A stretch of 64,000 nt of DNA from Dehalococcoidia bacterium (GTDB lineage: Bacteria; Chloroflexota; Dehalococcoidia; GIF9; AB-539-J10): positions 1 to 64,000 of the forward strand of contig JAUWOR010000006.1 of the NCBI GenBank assembly GCA_030612025.1, read 5' to 3'. The notes beneath the pieces were generated by a model that had not been told where the DNA came from, searched no databases, and saw only the letters and a list, made by a program, of their open reading frames with translations. The translations under genes and the position numbers were made by a program. Each line of letters starts with the position of its first letter. Positions within the stretch are counted from its first letter, which is position 1. Of the stretch, positions 8,763-19,892 are shown one piece after another.

Positions 8763-9530
8763 TCAGAAAGCAACCTCAGCTTTAGCCGGTATTGAAACAG
8801 GAGCCCCATAAAGCTGCCTCAGTACCTCTTCTTTAAGCATTGACTCCGGGCTACCTTGTTGCCATATTTTGCCTTCCTTCATCAGAATCAGCCGCTGGCA
8901 AATGGAAGGCAGTGTTCTAAGATCATGAGTGACGAATAGAGTAGTCATATGGTATTCCCTATGAATAAGCTGTATCAGGCTCAAGATTTCCCTTTGGGCT
9001 TGTAGGTCTATTGAAGCTGTGGGCTCGTCGAGGAGAAAGATTTCGGGCTGTTGAACTAAAGCTCGGGCAATAGCCACCCTTTGGTATTCGCCTCCAGAGA
9101 GGTGCCCTATGGGGCGTTGAGACAAATGAGCCATGCCAACCATATCCAATACTCTATCTACATCCTCCCATTGAGCCTGTGTCGGGCGATGTAATAGACC
9201 CAGGCGGCCATAGCGGCCTACCATTACCGTCTCCCTGACATTGATGGGCAAGCGTGGGTCAATGTTCTCAACTTGCGCCACATAGCCTATGCGCTTTCTC
9301 AACTTGATGCCACTTCTTTCATTAACAGGCAATCCTAATACCAAGGCTTGACCTTGAACCAGTTTGCCCAAGCCATTGATAACGGTAAGCAAAGTGGTTT
9401 TGCCAGCACCATTGGGCCCAATGATGCCGATGAATTCCCCTTTTCGTACCTTCAAAGACACCCCTTGTAGAGCTACATCCTCCCGATAGGAAACCACGGC
9501 ATCCTTAATACTGATGACCATGTTATCCAT
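8763..9530 (-). CDS. metal ABC transporter ATP-binding protein
   Basis: GPNGAGKT, LSGGEYQRV, LLDEPT. Confidence 0.92.
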   Translation of the reverse strand: MDNMVISIKDAVVSYREDVALQGVSLKVRKGEFIGIIGPNGAGKTTLLTVINGLGKLVQGQALVLGLPVNERSGIKLRKRIGYVAQVENIDPRLPINVRETVMVGRYGRLGLLHRPTQAQWEDVDRVLDMVGMAHLSQRPIGHLSGGEYQRVAIARALVQQPEIFLLDEPTASIDLQAQREILSLIQLIHREYHMTTLFVTHDLRTLPSICQRLILMKEGKIWQQGSPESMLKEEVLRQLYGAPVSIPAKAEVAF

Positions 9531-10380
9531 GTTGCTGCCTCCACTGAGCTAAAGCTTCGAGAATCAAATCAACATTCTTATCTATCGCCTTCTCCCAAGT
9601 TTCAGTTCCCTCAAAGCCACCGGGAAAGTTGGATATGATTACTTGAATAGCTCCAATATCTTTTGCTATGGCTTCGCTTGTCGCCGTGGCACCACTTTGC
9701 AGATTATCAATGACTAGTGCTACACCAGCTTGTTTAGCCTGATTTATCAGTTTTCCCACTTCCGCCACACTTAAGTCTTCAGGACGGCCATAGGTAGCTA
9801 CGACATCAAAGCCAGCCCAGCTTATGAATACTGCTTGATAATCGGAGCAGATCACTTTCGCTTGGCTCACCTTCCCCTCTTGTAATCTATTCTTTACCTC
9901 CTGACCCTTGGCCAAAATAGCTTGTGTTCTCTCCTCAGCTCTCCTTTGATAATATTCTGAATTTGCTAAATCTATTTCACTCAGAGCTTGAGCAATTTTA
10001 TCTATAGTTTCACTTTGGACTTCAGGCACCATCGGGGCGTCTGGAACATCTATGACTTTGACAATGAGCTCAGGATTGTCAGCAGCCTCAATAAGCCCGG
10101 TTATATTTGCTTTATCCTGCTGCCAATTATGGATGATAAAGGCTTTACTATTAGCTAGTGTCTCAACATCGCTTGGTTTCACGTCATAATGTCCAGGACA
10201 CATCCCTGGCGGTATAAGGTTATGTATTTCTAGTTTGCCACCAGCAATATCCTGTGCAACTCCAGCTATAAGCGAGCTTCCAGCCACGATGTCAGCCGAT
10301 GGACGGGTGCAGGACAAAGGCAAAAACAAAGCTGCTAGGAGAAGTAGTGTTATAATGCTCGCTAGAATTTTTCCTTTCAT
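9523..10380 (-). CDS. metal ABC transporter substrate-binding lipoprotein (TroA/ZnuA-like)
   Basis: Signal peptide with Cys, LIPPGMCPGHYDVKPSD motif, operon context. Confidence 0.82.
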   Translation of the reverse strand: MKGKILASIITLLLLAALFLPLSCTRPSADIVAGSSLIAGVAQDIAGGKLEIHNLIPPGMCPGHYDVKPSDVETLANSKAFIIHNWQQDKANITGLIEAADNPELIVKVIDVPDAPMVPEVQSETIDKIAQALSEIDLANSEYYQRRAEERTQAILAKGQEVKNRLQEGKVSQAKVICSDYQAVFISWAGFDVVATYGRPEDLSVAEVGKLINQAKQAGVALVIDNLQSGATATSEAIAKDIGAIQVIISNFPGGFEGTETWEKAIDKNVDLILEALAQWRQQHG

Positions 10381-10440
10381 AATTCCCTCCTTTCAATATT
10401 CCATGCAACTGCAATAAGATGCAACAACAGAGCAAAAAAA

Positions 10441-10626
10441 TTAATCCTTTTCCAGTTGCACTCTAGACTTTACGAAATCTACCTGGCGTACCCTACCCTG
10501 GAGAATCCTCCTTTCCCCGAAAAGGGTCTCTACTTCTACTCGCTCACCCTCAATTATCATGTATGCAATATCCTCCAGAATTGGCTTGTCGCCTTCCGTA
10601 GTTTCATAAACTTTAGCCAGACACAT
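10441..10626 (-). CDS. CooT family nickel-binding protein
   Basis: MCLAKVY start, ILEDI, LFGERR, VDF pattern, 61 aa. Confidence 0.85.
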   Translation of the reverse strand: MCLAKVYETTEGDKPILEDIAYMIIEGERVEVETLFGERRILQGRVRQVDFVKSRVQLEKD

Positions 10627-10627
10627 C

Positions 10628-10846
10628 TTACCTCCCCTCCATGCTCTTTGTTAAGGCTTGTCGTGCCTTCTCTAAGCAGTTGCTGGCATCAGCCATCCTT
10701 GTGGCTGCTTCGTGTAGCTGTTGCGCTACCTCAGCGGATAAAGAAGCCGCCTTTTGAGCCCAATCGCGGAACTCCTTCTCATGCTCACGGTTATGCTCAG
10801 TCCAATAGTCAAGCAAAATATGCAGTTTTCCTTCAATGTCACTCAT
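10628..10846 (-). CDS. small helical protein with W-x-x-HN-x-x-H motif (putative metal binding)
   Basis: LLDYWTEHNREHEKEF; ATG at 10846 coupled to the fur stop. Confidence 0.7.
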   Translation of the reverse strand: MSDIEGKLHILLDYWTEHNREHEKEFRDWAQKAASLSAEVAQQLHEAATRMADASNCLEKARQALTKSMEGR

Positions 10847-10848
10847 AG

Positions 10849-11274
10849 CTAAGATTGTCCCCCTTTCCGGCGGCACTCACTGCACTCCCCTGGAATAGCT
10901 AAATGCCTCAAATCAGCTTCAAACCCGTAATCGTGAAGCAAGGTATCTTTTAGCGGATATAATGCAGATTCGTCTAAATCCGTTGCCTTGCCACACCTGT
11001 AGCAAACCAGATGATGGTGATGACCCTTCTCAGCGACATGATAGCGAACACGTCCATCGCCAAAATCGGTTTCAGTAACTAAGTTCAGCTCCTTTAGTAA
11101 CTCCAAGGTGCGATAGACAGTGGAAATGTTGCTATAAGGGTAACGACTATGTAGCTGCTCATAGATCTCTTCAGCGCTAATATGGCCATCAGCTCTATGG
11201 AGGGCTTCGATGACCAGCATACGCTGCGGGGTTAAGCGATAGCCCTTTTCTTGAAGGACTTTGTGACAGCTCAT
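10849..11274 (-). CDS. Fur family transcriptional regulator (Zur/Nur-like)
   Basis: GYRLTPQR, STVYRTL, HHHHLVCxxCG, C-terminal CxxC. Confidence 0.93.
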   Translation of the reverse strand: MSCHKVLQEKGYRLTPQRMLVIEALHRADGHISAEEIYEQLHSRYPYSNISTVYRTLELLKELNLVTETDFGDGRVRYHVAEKGHHHHLVCYRCGKATDLDESALYPLKDTLLHDYGFEADLRHLAIPGECSECRRKGGQS

Positions 11275-11341
11275 TCCAAAGTAAGATTATAACAGGGCGC
11301 CAAAATTATTGCAATAGGTCGCTGATGCAATTAATTGATTT

Positions 11342-11788
11342 TTAGCGGTTTTTGCTTTCTAGCAACAAAGTTACCGGTCCATCATTATGGATCTCTACCA
11401 GCATATACTCTTGGAAAATCCCTGTCTCTACCTTAAGGCCGGTGGAGCGAATTTGAGCGACAAAAAAGTCATATAATTCCTTAGCCTTATCTGGTGGGGC
11501 TGCTTCGGTAAAGCTGGGGCGCCTTCCCTTCCTTGAATCAGCCAAAAGAGTAAACTGGCTTACTATCAAAATTTCCCTCTTTGTTTCCAACGCTGACAGG
11601 GCAAATTTATTTCCTCCATCGGAGAAAATGCGCAGGTTAACTATTTTATTTGCCAAGTAGCTGGCACCTTCTTGTGAATCGTCCCTGGCAACGCCAATAA
11701 AAACCACTAGCCCTGGACCAATTCTGCCCACCTCTCTACCGCTGACACTTACTGAAGCACTGGTAACCCGCTGAATTAGCGCTTTCAT
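11342..11788 (-). CDS. dtd: D-aminoacyl-tRNA deacylase
   Basis: QRV, SQFTL, KGRRPSF, NDGPVT motifs. Confidence 0.96.
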   Translation of the reverse strand: MKALIQRVTSASVSVSGREVGRIGPGLVVFIGVARDDSQEGASYLANKIVNLRIFSDGGNKFALSALETKREILIVSQFTLLADSRKGRRPSFTEAAPPDKAKELYDFFVAQIRSTGLKVETGIFQEYMLVEIHNDGPVTLLLESKNR

Positions 11789-11848
11789 TTTTGCATTTTT
11801 TATTTAAGCATGTTAAATTAAATGTTAAAAGGGATATTATATCCAATC

Positions 11849-11871
11849 AAGTGGGCAAAACCCACTTTTTT
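11849..11871 (+). terminator. leader hairpin/attenuator of the (rimP)-nusA-infB operon
   Basis: aagtggg-caaaa-cccactt followed by a T run, 30 bp upstream of nusA; matches the conserved rimP/nusA leader terminator. Confidence 0.75.
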
Positions 11872-11900
11872 GTTAGATTTGATTATTAGGTTAGGGAGAA

Positions 11901-13271
11901 ATGAAGACAGAGTTTATGGCTGCTATTGCTCAGCTCTCAGCTGAGAGGAACTTACCTAAAGAAGTGATTTTGGCAGCTTTGGAATCAGCGCTTGTCTCAG
12001 CTTATAAAAAAGACATTTTTACCCGCGAACAGGATATTTCAGCCAAAATTGATCCCAATACTGGTGATATCAAGGTTTATATTAGAAAAGTTGTGGTTGA
12101 GTCATTTATCGACCCGCATCGAGAGATCTCCTTGGATGATGCTCGAAAATTGCGGGATAGTATTCAAGTTGGCGAAATAGTGGAAGTGGAATCTACACCC
12201 AGAGATGCTGGGCGTATTGCTGCTCAAACGGCAAGGCAGGTTGTTTTGCAGCGGTTGCGCGAAGCAGAGCATCGGGTAATCTACGAGCAGTTCGCCGGTA
12301 AGGAAGGCGAGATTGTCAGTGGTACGATTCAATTCATCCAGCCTAAACAAATTTATGTTACCTTGGGCAAGGGAGAGGCTATACTGCCCTTTAGTGAGCA
12401 AGTGCCTAATGAGCGTTACCACGTAGGACAGCAATTTAAATTCTACCTTTTGGAGATAAGTCAAGGCGTTAAAGGGCTTCAAATAATAGTTTCTCGCTCT
12501 CATCCGAATTTGCTACGCCGCCTTTTTGAACTAGAAATTCCCGAAATTCACAGTGGCGTTGTAGAACTGAAAGCAATAGCACGCGAAGCCGGACATCGAA
12601 GCAAAGTAGCAGTGTCAACTCATCAAGAAGGCATCGAACCTGTAGGTTGTTGCCTTGGACCTCGAGGCGTCAGGCTACAAAGTATTATTAACGAGCTAAA
12701 TGGTGAAAAAATAGACATGATTCAATGGCACGCCGACCCTAAAATATTTATCTCCAATGCCCTCAGTCCAGCCAAAGTGGCAAGTACTGAGCTCAACGAG
12801 GCAGAAAAGACCGCCACTGTAGTCGTTCCTGATAGGCAATTATCCCTAGCCATCGGTAAGGAGGGACAAAATGCCAGGTTAGCAGCAAGACTCTCAGGTT
12901 GGCGAATTGACATTAAGAGCGCCTCTACCGCTGAAGCAGAAAGGATAAGCTTACCGGAGGCTGCTCCTCAAGAGTTAGAAACGATAGCTGGAGAGGGTGA
13001 ATTTCCTTCCACCGTGCCAAGCGAACCTCAGGCGGCGGAGCCGGTTAGCGGAGGGGAAGTAAAAGAACTAACCACGCTCTTAGCCAGTGAAGAATTTATA
13101 TTAGCCTCGAAAGCTCCTTCTGAGAGGTCTGAAGAAAAACCGCAACTCCGCTTCGCTGAGGATATTTTACCAAGCAGGGGGAAGAGCATAAAGTTGGAGA
13201 AGGACAAGGTTAAGAGCAAGGGACGCAAAAAAAAGAAAGCTTACTTTAAAGAGGATGGGCCGGAAGAATAA
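11901..13271 (+). CDS. nusA: transcription termination/antitermination factor NusA
   Basis: [34 protein letters not shown]. Confidence 0.97.
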   Translation: MKTEFMAAIAQLSAERNLPKEVILAALESALVSAYKKDIFTREQDISAKIDPNTGDIKVYIRKVVVESFIDPHREISLDDARKLRDSIQVGEIVEVESTPRDAGRIAAQTARQVVLQRLREAEHRVIYEQFAGKEGEIVSGTIQFIQPKQIYVTLGKGEAILPFSEQVPNERYHVGQQFKFYLLEISQGVKGLQIIVSRSHPNLLRRLFELEIPEIHSGVVELKAIAREAGHRSKVAVSTHQEGIEPVGCCLGPRGVRLQSIINELNGEKIDMIQWHADPKIFISNALSPAKVASTELNEAEKTATVVVPDRQLSLAIGKEGQNARLAARLSGWRIDIKSASTAEAERISLPEAAPQELETIAGEGEFPSTVPSEPQAAEPVSGGEVKELTTLLASEEFILASKAPSERSEEKPQLRFAEDILPSRGKSIKLEKDKVKSKGRKKKKAYFKEDGPEE

Positions 13272-13545
13272 ACATATACCGCAGCGTACTTGCGTTGCTT
13301 GCCGGCAGACAAGGGACAAAAAGGATTTGATTCGCCTGGTATGCACCGACGGTGGAATTGTCGAGGTCGACCCATCTGCCAAGAAGCCAGGCAGAGGTGC
13401 TTATTTATGTCCTCAAAAGGATTGCTGGGAAATAGGGCTGAAAGGAAATCGTTTGGAACACGCTTTGCGAATAAAGCTTAGTTTCGATAATCGCCAAGCT
13501 TTAATAGAGTATAGCAATAACTTGCCCGGGAGGAGCCGGATTTGA
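13255..13545 (+). CDS. ylxR: YlxR/RnpM family RNA-binding protein
   Basis: PQRTCVACR, GRGAYLC; lies between nusA and infB. Confidence 0.92.
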   Translation: MGRKNKHIPQRTCVACRQTRDKKDLIRLVCTDGGIVEVDPSAKKPGRGAYLCPQKDCWEIGLKGNRLEHALRIKLSFDNRQALIEYSNNLPGRSRI

Positions 13546-15314
13546 GTAATAAAAAAATGCACTCGCTGGCTAATCAAAAGGAAATAAATCATCCAGCTTT
13601 GCCTCAAATCGAGCTTCCACCTTCCATAACTGTAAAACGATTAGCTGCTACCTTAAAAGTAGAGCCGGTGAAAGTTATTAAGCTGCTTATGCGCAAGGGC
13701 ATTATGGCCAATGTTAACCAGGCTATCGATTTTGATACTGCCACCACGGTAGCCCTAGATTTCGGTTATAGTGCTCGGGAAAAAATAGAGCTTCAAATCT
13801 TGCCTTCCCTCGAGGGACTGGGAGATAAATTACAAATTCGCTCCCCGGTGATTACTGTAATGGGGCATGTCGACCATGGTAAAACAACACTTCTTGATGC
13901 CATCAGGAAAACCAATGTAACTGCTCACGAGGCAGGAGCTATTACCCAACATATTGGCGCTTATCAAACTACAGTGGATGGACGCAAAATCACCTTCCTA
14001 GACACACCCGGGCATGAAGCTTTCACTGCTATGAGGGCCCGTGGAGCACAGGCAACTGATATCGTGGTCTTGGTGGTTGCTGCTGATGATGGCGTTATGC
14101 CTCAGACTGTGGAAGCTATAGACCATGCTAAAGCTGCCAAAGTGCCTATAGTGGTTGCCATCAATAAGATTGATAAACCTGATGCCAATCCTGAGCGTGT
14201 AAAGCAGCAGCTTACTGATTTAGGCTTAATTATTGAAGAGTGGGGCGGCGATGTTGTTTGTGTTCCCATCTCAGCTAAAAAGGAGCAAGGAATCTCAGAT
14301 TTACTGGAAAACTTATTCCTTGTTGCTGACATATTGGAGCTAAAAGCTGACCCTAATTGTACCGCAGAAGGGGTAGTCATTGAAGCTAAGCTTGATAAAA
14401 CTAAAGGCCCCTTAGCTACTCTTCTGGTTCAGAAGGGTACTCTCGAGGTGAGCAATATTGTAGTGGCTGGCAATACTTGGGGCAAAATCAAAGCTATGTT
14501 CAATGATAAAGGAAGGAGGATTAAGAAAGCTGAGCCATCAACCCCAGTGAAGGTTCTTGGCATAAATGGCGTGCCAAGGTCAGGAGAGATCTTCACTGTA
14601 GTTACCGATGAGCATCAAGCACGAAGCACTGGAGACAAATATGCGGCTATGAGAGTTCGTGAACCTTTAAGTTTAAGCACCCTTTCCAGCCAAATAAGCG
14701 CCGGGAAGGTAAAGGAACTCAACGTAATTTTAAAGACAGATGTTCAGGGCAGCATAGAACCAATAAAGAACTCCATAGAGCGACTGGGCACGGAAAAGGC
14801 GAGGGCTAAGGTTATACACGCTGCTAGTGGCAGCATTACCGAGAGTGATGTGCTTCTTGCTTCAGCTTCGAAAGGCATTGTTATTGGTTTTAACAGTGAC
14901 CCAGCGCCAGGAGCACAGCAGCTAGCCGAAACAGAAGGGATAAGCATCCAGCGTTATGATGTAATTTACCGATTAGAGGAAGACGTAGGTAAAGCATTAA
15001 AGGGGATGCTTGAGCCAACTTATGCCGAAGTGCTTGGGGGGCGTGCTGAGGTGCGAGCAGTATTTCCTAGTAGTAAGCATGTTAAAGTAGCCGGAGTTTA
15101 TGTTAAGGAAGGCAAAGTGTGGCGAGATGCCAAAGTCAAAATATTGCGGCGAAATGAAGTAGTCTGCGAATCTCGAGTCTCTGGTTTAAGGCGTTTTAAA
15201 GAGGATGTCACTGAAGTAGTTGCTGGTCTTGAATGTGGCATAGGCATGGAAGGGTTTACCGATTTCTATACCGGCGATATTATCGAATTTTATAGAAAGG
15301 AAAGGGTAAGTTAA
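13542..15314 (+). CDS. infB: translation initiation factor IF-2
   Basis: [22 protein letters not shown]. Confidence 0.97.
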   Translation: MSNKKMHSLANQKEINHPALPQIELPPSITVKRLAATLKVEPVKVIKLLMRKGIMANVNQAIDFDTATTVALDFGYSAREKIELQILPSLEGLGDKLQIRSPVITVMGHVDHGKTTLLDAIRKTNVTAHEAGAITQHIGAYQTTVDGRKITFLDTPGHEAFTAMRARGAQATDIVVLVVAADDGVMPQTVEAIDHAKAAKVPIVVAINKIDKPDANPERVKQQLTDLGLIIEEWGGDVVCVPISAKKEQGISDLLENLFLVADILELKADPNCTAEGVVIEAKLDKTKGPLATLLVQKGTLEVSNIVVAGNTWGKIKAMFNDKGRRIKKAEPSTPVKVLGINGVPRSGEIFTVVTDEHQARSTGDKYAAMRVREPLSLSTLSSQISAGKVKELNVILKTDVQGSIEPIKNSIERLGTEKARAKVIHAASGSITESDVLLASASKGIVIGFNSDPAPGAQQLAETEGISIQRYDVIYRLEEDVGKALKGMLEPTYAEVLGGRAEVRAVFPSSKHVKVAGVYVKEGKVWRDAKVKILRRNEVVCESRVSGLRRFKEDVTEVVAGLECGIGMEGFTDFYTGDIIEFYRKERVS

Positions 15315-15324
15315 GGTAACAAAT

Positions 15325-15375
15325 GGCATTCTGATTGGAGCGAGGTAGAATGACAGAAGGCGAAGGGCTCAGAGC
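15325..15375. repeat. degenerate GTCA-type repeat remnant
   Basis: cattctga...agaatgacagaaggcgaagggctcag resembles the ends of the 3638-3749 and 24085-24204 elements. Confidence 0.5.
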
Positions 15376-15408
15376 TTACAGAGGGTGAAGAATTTATAGG
15401 AGGCTCAA

Positions 15409-15756
15409 ATGTCTAGACGTACGGAACGACTAAACAAAGTCATCAAACAGGAAATCAGCAGATTGCTTGAGCGTGAGGTTAACGACCCAAGGCTGAGTAA
15501 TTCTATCTCTGTAACAGAAGTTTCAGTTTCGCCTGACCTCAAGTATGCTAAAGTATTTGTTAGCATACTGGGGAATGAAACCGATAAAACAGAGATGCTA
15601 GCCGGCTTCAATGCTGCTTCTGGATTCTTACGCAAGAAATTGGCTTCGCATTTAAAGTTGAGATGTGTCCCACAGCTTAGCTTTCATTATGATAATTCTA
15701 TTGAGCAGGGGGCAAGGCTGCTCAAATTAATCGAGCAGGCTAGCAACACTAAATAG
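15409..15756 (+). CDS. rbfA: ribosome-binding factor A
   Basis: DPRL, VSPDLKYAKVFVS, PQLSFHYD. Confidence 0.96.
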   Translation: MSRRTERLNKVIKQEISRLLEREVNDPRLSNSISVTEVSVSPDLKYAKVFVSILGNETDKTEMLAGFNAASGFLRKKLASHLKLRCVPQLSFHYDNSIEQGARLLKLIEQASNTK

Positions 15757-15788
15757 CTTAGGTTTTTACTAGAAACAGCCCCAGGATA

Positions 15789-15818
15789 TTGACATTGTCA
15801 CCTGTAATAAGATATGTT
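15789..15818 (+). promoter_or_regulatory. sigma70-type promoter
   Basis: TTGACA-N18-TATGTT upstream of the small ORF at 15857. Confidence 0.5.
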
Positions 15819-15856
15819 AGAGACATGCTAGCCAAGCAGAAAGGAGGTAGTTTTTC

Positions 15857-15997
15857 ATGCAAGCGTATTGCTTTAAGTGTCGGGCGAAGAGAGATATAAA
15901 AAATCCAACATCCGTCACCCTTAAGAACGGAAAGCCAGCAGTCCGCGGAACCTGTTCTGTGTGCGGGACCAAAGTATTTAGAATTGGCAAGGCTTAA
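15857..15997 (+). CDS. 46-aa zinc-ribbon small protein (DUF5679-like), not in the ORF track
   Basis: MQAYCFKCRAKRDIKNPTSVTLKNGKPAVRGTCSVCGTKVFRIGKA; strong AAGGAGGT RBS; two CxxC. Confidence 0.88.
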   Translation: MQAYCFKCRAKRDIKNPTSVTLKNGKPAVRGTCSVCGTKVFRIGKA

Positions 15998-16330
15998 TCT
16001 CCCAGAGTGGCATGATTAAGCTAGCAAAGATAAATTTTGTCAATCTCACCGCGAGAAATAGTGGATTTTAGCTCAAAATTTGCTGGTGCGGTAATTTAGC
16101 TTAATGCTGCCTATAGTAGCAATAATCAATCCTGATGTTAATAGATTTTTGCTATTATAAGCATCAAGGTTGATTAGAAGTTTAGTTTTGCTTTTAAGCA
16201 ATTAAAGCTATGTAGCTGTGGGCGGGGAGTACTTGCGTGGGTGCTGAGCCTAAAAATCATGTCATGCTAGCTACTAAGGTCGCTGCAGCAAGGTGGTTTC
16301 TTTATTTGTCGTAAGGAGGAAAAACGAGCT

Positions 16331-17455
16331 ATGGGAATGATAAATGTAGCCATTATAGGTGTCGGCAATTGTGCTTCTTCATTGGTTCAGGGAGTCTACT
16401 ATTATAAGAATGCTAAAGAAAACGAGTTTGTCCCCGGTTTAATGCACGTCAATCTGGGAGGCTATCATGTAGCTGATATTAACTTCGTAGCTGCGTTTGA
16501 TATTGATAAAAATAAAGTGGGTAAAGATCTAGCTAAAGCTATTTACACTCCGCCTAACAATACTATCAAGTTTTGCGATGTAGCTAAAACCGGCGTCAGA
16601 GTCGAGCGTGGTATGACCCATGATGGACTAGGCAAATATCTCTCTCAAATTATCACCAAGGCGCCGGGCCCAACAGCCGATATTGTAGGCATTCTCAAGG
16701 AGACTAAAACTGATGTAGTGCTTAATTATTTACCTGTGGGAAGCGAGGAAGCCACTAAGTGGTATGTAGAGCAGGTGCTAGCAGCTGGCTGTGGCTTTAT
16801 TAATTGCATACCGGTTTTCATTGCCCGTGAGACTTACTGGCAAAATCGATTTGCTGAGCGTGGATTGCCTGTCATTGGTGACGATATCAAATCTCAGGTT
16901 GGGGCTACTATTACACACCGAGTATTGACAAAACTCTTCCGTGACCGCGGTGTTAAATTGGAACGGACTTATCAATTGAACTTTGGGGGTAATACCGATT
17001 TCCTTAATATGCTAGAACGAGAGCGCCTGGAATCTAAGAAGATTTCCAAGACAAATGCTGTTACTTCGCAGTTAGACTATGATATTGGCCCTGATAACAT
17101 CCATGTTGGTCCCAGCGATTACGTCCCTTGGCTAGCTGACCGTAAATTCTGCCACATAAAAATGGAGGGGCGCACCTTTGGTGATGTCCCCCTGAATTTA
17201 GAGTTGAAGATGGAGGTATGGGATAGCCCTAATTCAGCTGGTGTGGTTATTGATGCTCTAAGGTGCTGCAAATTGGCTTTAGACCGCGGTCTAAGTGGAG
17301 CTATAGTGGCCCCCTCAGCCTACTTTATGAAATCTCCGCCAATCCAATATTCCGACGATGAAGCCCACCTGAAGACCGAAGCATTTATTACCGGACAGGA
17401 ACAGGAAGAGCCCGTCTCATTGCCTGAGCCACAGCCAGTTGAGATTAAGGCGTAA
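16331..17455 (+). CDS. ino1: myo-inositol-1-phosphate synthase
   Basis: [31 protein letters not shown]. Confidence 0.95.
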   Translation: MGMINVAIIGVGNCASSLVQGVYYYKNAKENEFVPGLMHVNLGGYHVADINFVAAFDIDKNKVGKDLAKAIYTPPNNTIKFCDVAKTGVRVERGMTHDGLGKYLSQIITKAPGPTADIVGILKETKTDVVLNYLPVGSEEATKWYVEQVLAAGCGFINCIPVFIARETYWQNRFAERGLPVIGDDIKSQVGATITHRVLTKLFRDRGVKLERTYQLNFGGNTDFLNMLERERLESKKISKTNAVTSQLDYDIGPDNIHVGPSDYVPWLADRKFCHIKMEGRTFGDVPLNLELKMEVWDSPNSAGVVIDALRCCKLALDRGLSGAIVAPSAYFMKSPPIQYSDDEAHLKTEAFITGQEQEEPVSLPEPQPVEIKA

Positions 17456-17568
17456 GCCGCTTTTGCGACAAAGGCACCAACCTCAAACTATGTAGCTTAA
17501 AAGAAATCGATTATTCCGTTACCTTGCTTGATGGGGCTTAATAAGGTTGATGAAGTGGGTGACCTAAG

Positions 17569-18663
17569 ATGATAACCTTGGTGGTAACAGTAGGTTGTGG
17601 CGCAATGGATTTATGCTCTCAGAAGCTTGCTGAGAAATTGGACATTCCCAAAGTCTATACGGATATCTACCAGAGCAGTGCTGCGAAGTTCAATATCTCT
17701 TGGCTCTCACGAGGTGCATTAAAGGCTATCTCAGAGGACTGGAGCTTTGTAAAAAGAATCAACAAATTAACTGGCATAGTTCATTTGCCAAACCAACACT
17801 TGGGACGCTACGGAAACTTCCTCAAAATACCTTATATCATAACTGTGCATGACCTCATCAGATATTTTGACCTCAAGGGATATGAGACGTATATTCATCG
17901 CCCTAACCTTAGGGACAAATTCTACTTAGGCCTTGATTACAAGGGTATCAAAAAGGCAGCGAGAATAATAGCAGTATCTCAAGCAACAAAGAATGACCTA
18001 ATGCATTACCTCGGAATACCTGACGAGCAAATAAGCGTTGTTTATCTAGGTGTTGACCACACAACTTTCAGACCATCGTCTCAAGCAAGTGAGTTCGAAC
18101 ATCCTTACATTCTTTTCGTTGGCTCAGAGCATCCCAGAAAGAACCTTCCGACTTTACTTAGGGCCTTTAAAAGACTCAAGGAACAACCACAATTTAAAAA
18201 TCTAAAGCTAGTCAAAGTAGGCAAGGCTGGTGGGAAAGAGACAGATTTCAGGAGACAGACCACCGAGGTTATAGATTCTCTAAACTTAAATGGAAGGGTA
18301 ATATTCACAGAGGTTGTCTCTGAGGAGAACCTAAGAGCCTATTACTCTAACGCAAAGTGTCTTGTCCTTCCTTCCCTCTATGAAGGTTTTGGGTTTCCCC
18401 CGCTTGAAGCAATGGCTTGTGGCTGCCCGGTGATAACCTCGGATAGCTCCTCACTGCCCGAGGTCGTAGGTGAGGCAGCAATCAAAGTCTCCCCCCACGA
18501 TATTGAGGGGATGGCAGGGGCTTTGGAGAGGGTTCTTACTGATGAGGAGCTCAGGAAAGGCCTTATTGCCAAGGGAAAAGCACAAGCTGTCAAATTCTCA
18601 TGGGACCAAGCAGCAGAAAAGACCCTAGAAGTTTATAAAGAGGTAGAGGAAAGTTTCAGCTAA
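17569..18663 (+). CDS. glycosyltransferase family 4
   Basis: [27 protein letters not shown]. Confidence 0.92.
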   Translation: MITLVVTVGCGAMDLCSQKLAEKLDIPKVYTDIYQSSAAKFNISWLSRGALKAISEDWSFVKRINKLTGIVHLPNQHLGRYGNFLKIPYIITVHDLIRYFDLKGYETYIHRPNLRDKFYLGLDYKGIKKAARIIAVSQATKNDLMHYLGIPDEQISVVYLGVDHTTFRPSSQASEFEHPYILFVGSEHPRKNLPTLLRAFKRLKEQPQFKNLKLVKVGKAGGKETDFRRQTTEVIDSLNLNGRVIFTEVVSEENLRAYYSNAKCLVLPSLYEGFGFPPLEAMACGCPVITSDSSSLPEVVGEAAIKVSPHDIEGMAGALERVLTDEELRKGLIAKGKAQAVKFSWDQAAEKTLEVYKEVEESFS

Positions 18664-19892
18664 ACCCTTTCACTTGGCTTTAAGTAAAAATTTAACTGAT
18701 CTTTTATTATGTCTTCCAATTTGTGTGTAACTTTGAATCCCAATTGCTGAATCTTCCGAGTATCTGAGAGCAATATCGGAACTTCAGCTGGCCTAAATTT
18801 ACCTGGGTCAAATTCTATTGGTATTTTCCCCTTGTCTGTATAGACCCAAATTCCTTTGTCCTCCAAGGCAAATTCTAATTCGTCGGTTAGTAATAATTCA
18901 TCAACCTCAGTTTTCTCAAACCTTAAGCCGAATATTTCGCCATCCTTCCTTTGTAGCGGATCTAGCACAGTTTTTCTGTCAGTTTCGTTCATAGTTTCGA
19001 TCTTTTCCACATCCCACCCAGCATTTTCTAAAGCTAATAAAATATAGCTCAGAACAGAGTTTGTTCGCATCGAACCTTGATTATAAACCTCTCCGGCATT
19101 GCCTTTTTCGGCAAGAAGGCAGTAACCTCTCACAATATCATCTATATGGCTCCAGTCCCTTAAGGCATTCACATTCCCTATCAATATTTTATTGCTTTCC
19201 CCAAGCTTTAATCTCATAACTTGATTTGCTATCGCGGAAGTCACAAACATGCTGCCACGTCCAGCACCCTCAGTATTGAAACTTCTGGAAACAATGGCCT
19301 TTAAGCCATAAATATTATGGTAGCCTCGCATCAAGTAATCACCTTGCACTTTACTAATAGCATAAGGTGATTGAGGCCTGAGGGGATTTTCCTCACTTAT
19401 AGGCAATTCAGGCATTCTTGCTGGTGAAGGAACTATGCATCCATATTTCTTTAATGCTCTGCTATATTGTAGTTGGGATGAGAATGCCAGGCCATATTCC
19501 TCACTGGAGCCAGCAAAAACCACTATTGGATCGAGATTTTTCAACCTTGTGGATTCAAGTAAATTCGCAGTCCCCAGGCTGTTGGTCATCAGAATTGCTA
19601 AGGGGTTTTCGAAAGATGACGGGATAAAAGACTGGGCAGCAAGGTGAAAAACAATGTCTGGTTTGGCGAATTCGAGGGCAGATCCAATATTGGAAATATC
19701 GAGTATATCACCCTCAATTACATGAATTTGGTCATAAATTCTCTCATTGACCAAATTTTTTGGCGTTGATCCATCCGCTCTCCTTCTGAGCAACCCAAAA
19801 ACTTCGTTTCCATTATCAAGCAAATATTTTGCCAGCTGACTACCAACAAATCCTGAAATACCTGTAATCAGTGTCCTTTTATTGCTAAACAT
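18660..19892 (-). CDS. gmd: GDP-mannose 4,6-dehydratase
   Basis: ITGISGFVGS, HLAAQS, SSEEYG, YAISK, RDW, FRPAEV; TTG start. Confidence 0.82.
   Translation of the reverse strand: MFSNKRTLITGISGFVGSQLAKYLLDNGNEVFGLLRRRADGSTPKNLVNERIYDQIHVIEGDILDISNIGSALEFAKPDIVFHLAAQSFIPSSFENPLAILMTNSLGTANLLESTRLKNLDPIVVFAGSSEEYGLAFSSQLQYSRALKKYGCIVPSPARMPELPISEENPLRPQSPYAISKVQGDYLMRGYHNIYGLKAIVSRSFNTEGAGRGSMFVTSAIANQVMRLKLGESNKILIGNVNALRDWSHIDDIVRGYCLLAEKGNAGEVYNQGSMRTNSVLSYILLALENAGWDVEKIETMNETDRKTVLDPLQRKDGEIFGLRFEKTEVDELLLTDELEFALEDKGIWVYTDKGKIPIEFDPGKFRPAEVPILLSDTRKIQQLGFKVTHKLEDIIKDQLNFYLKPSERV

Noticed and set aside
11789-11900. Absence of rimP before nusA
   Set aside because: The leader hairpin is retained and simple lineage-level gene loss explains it.
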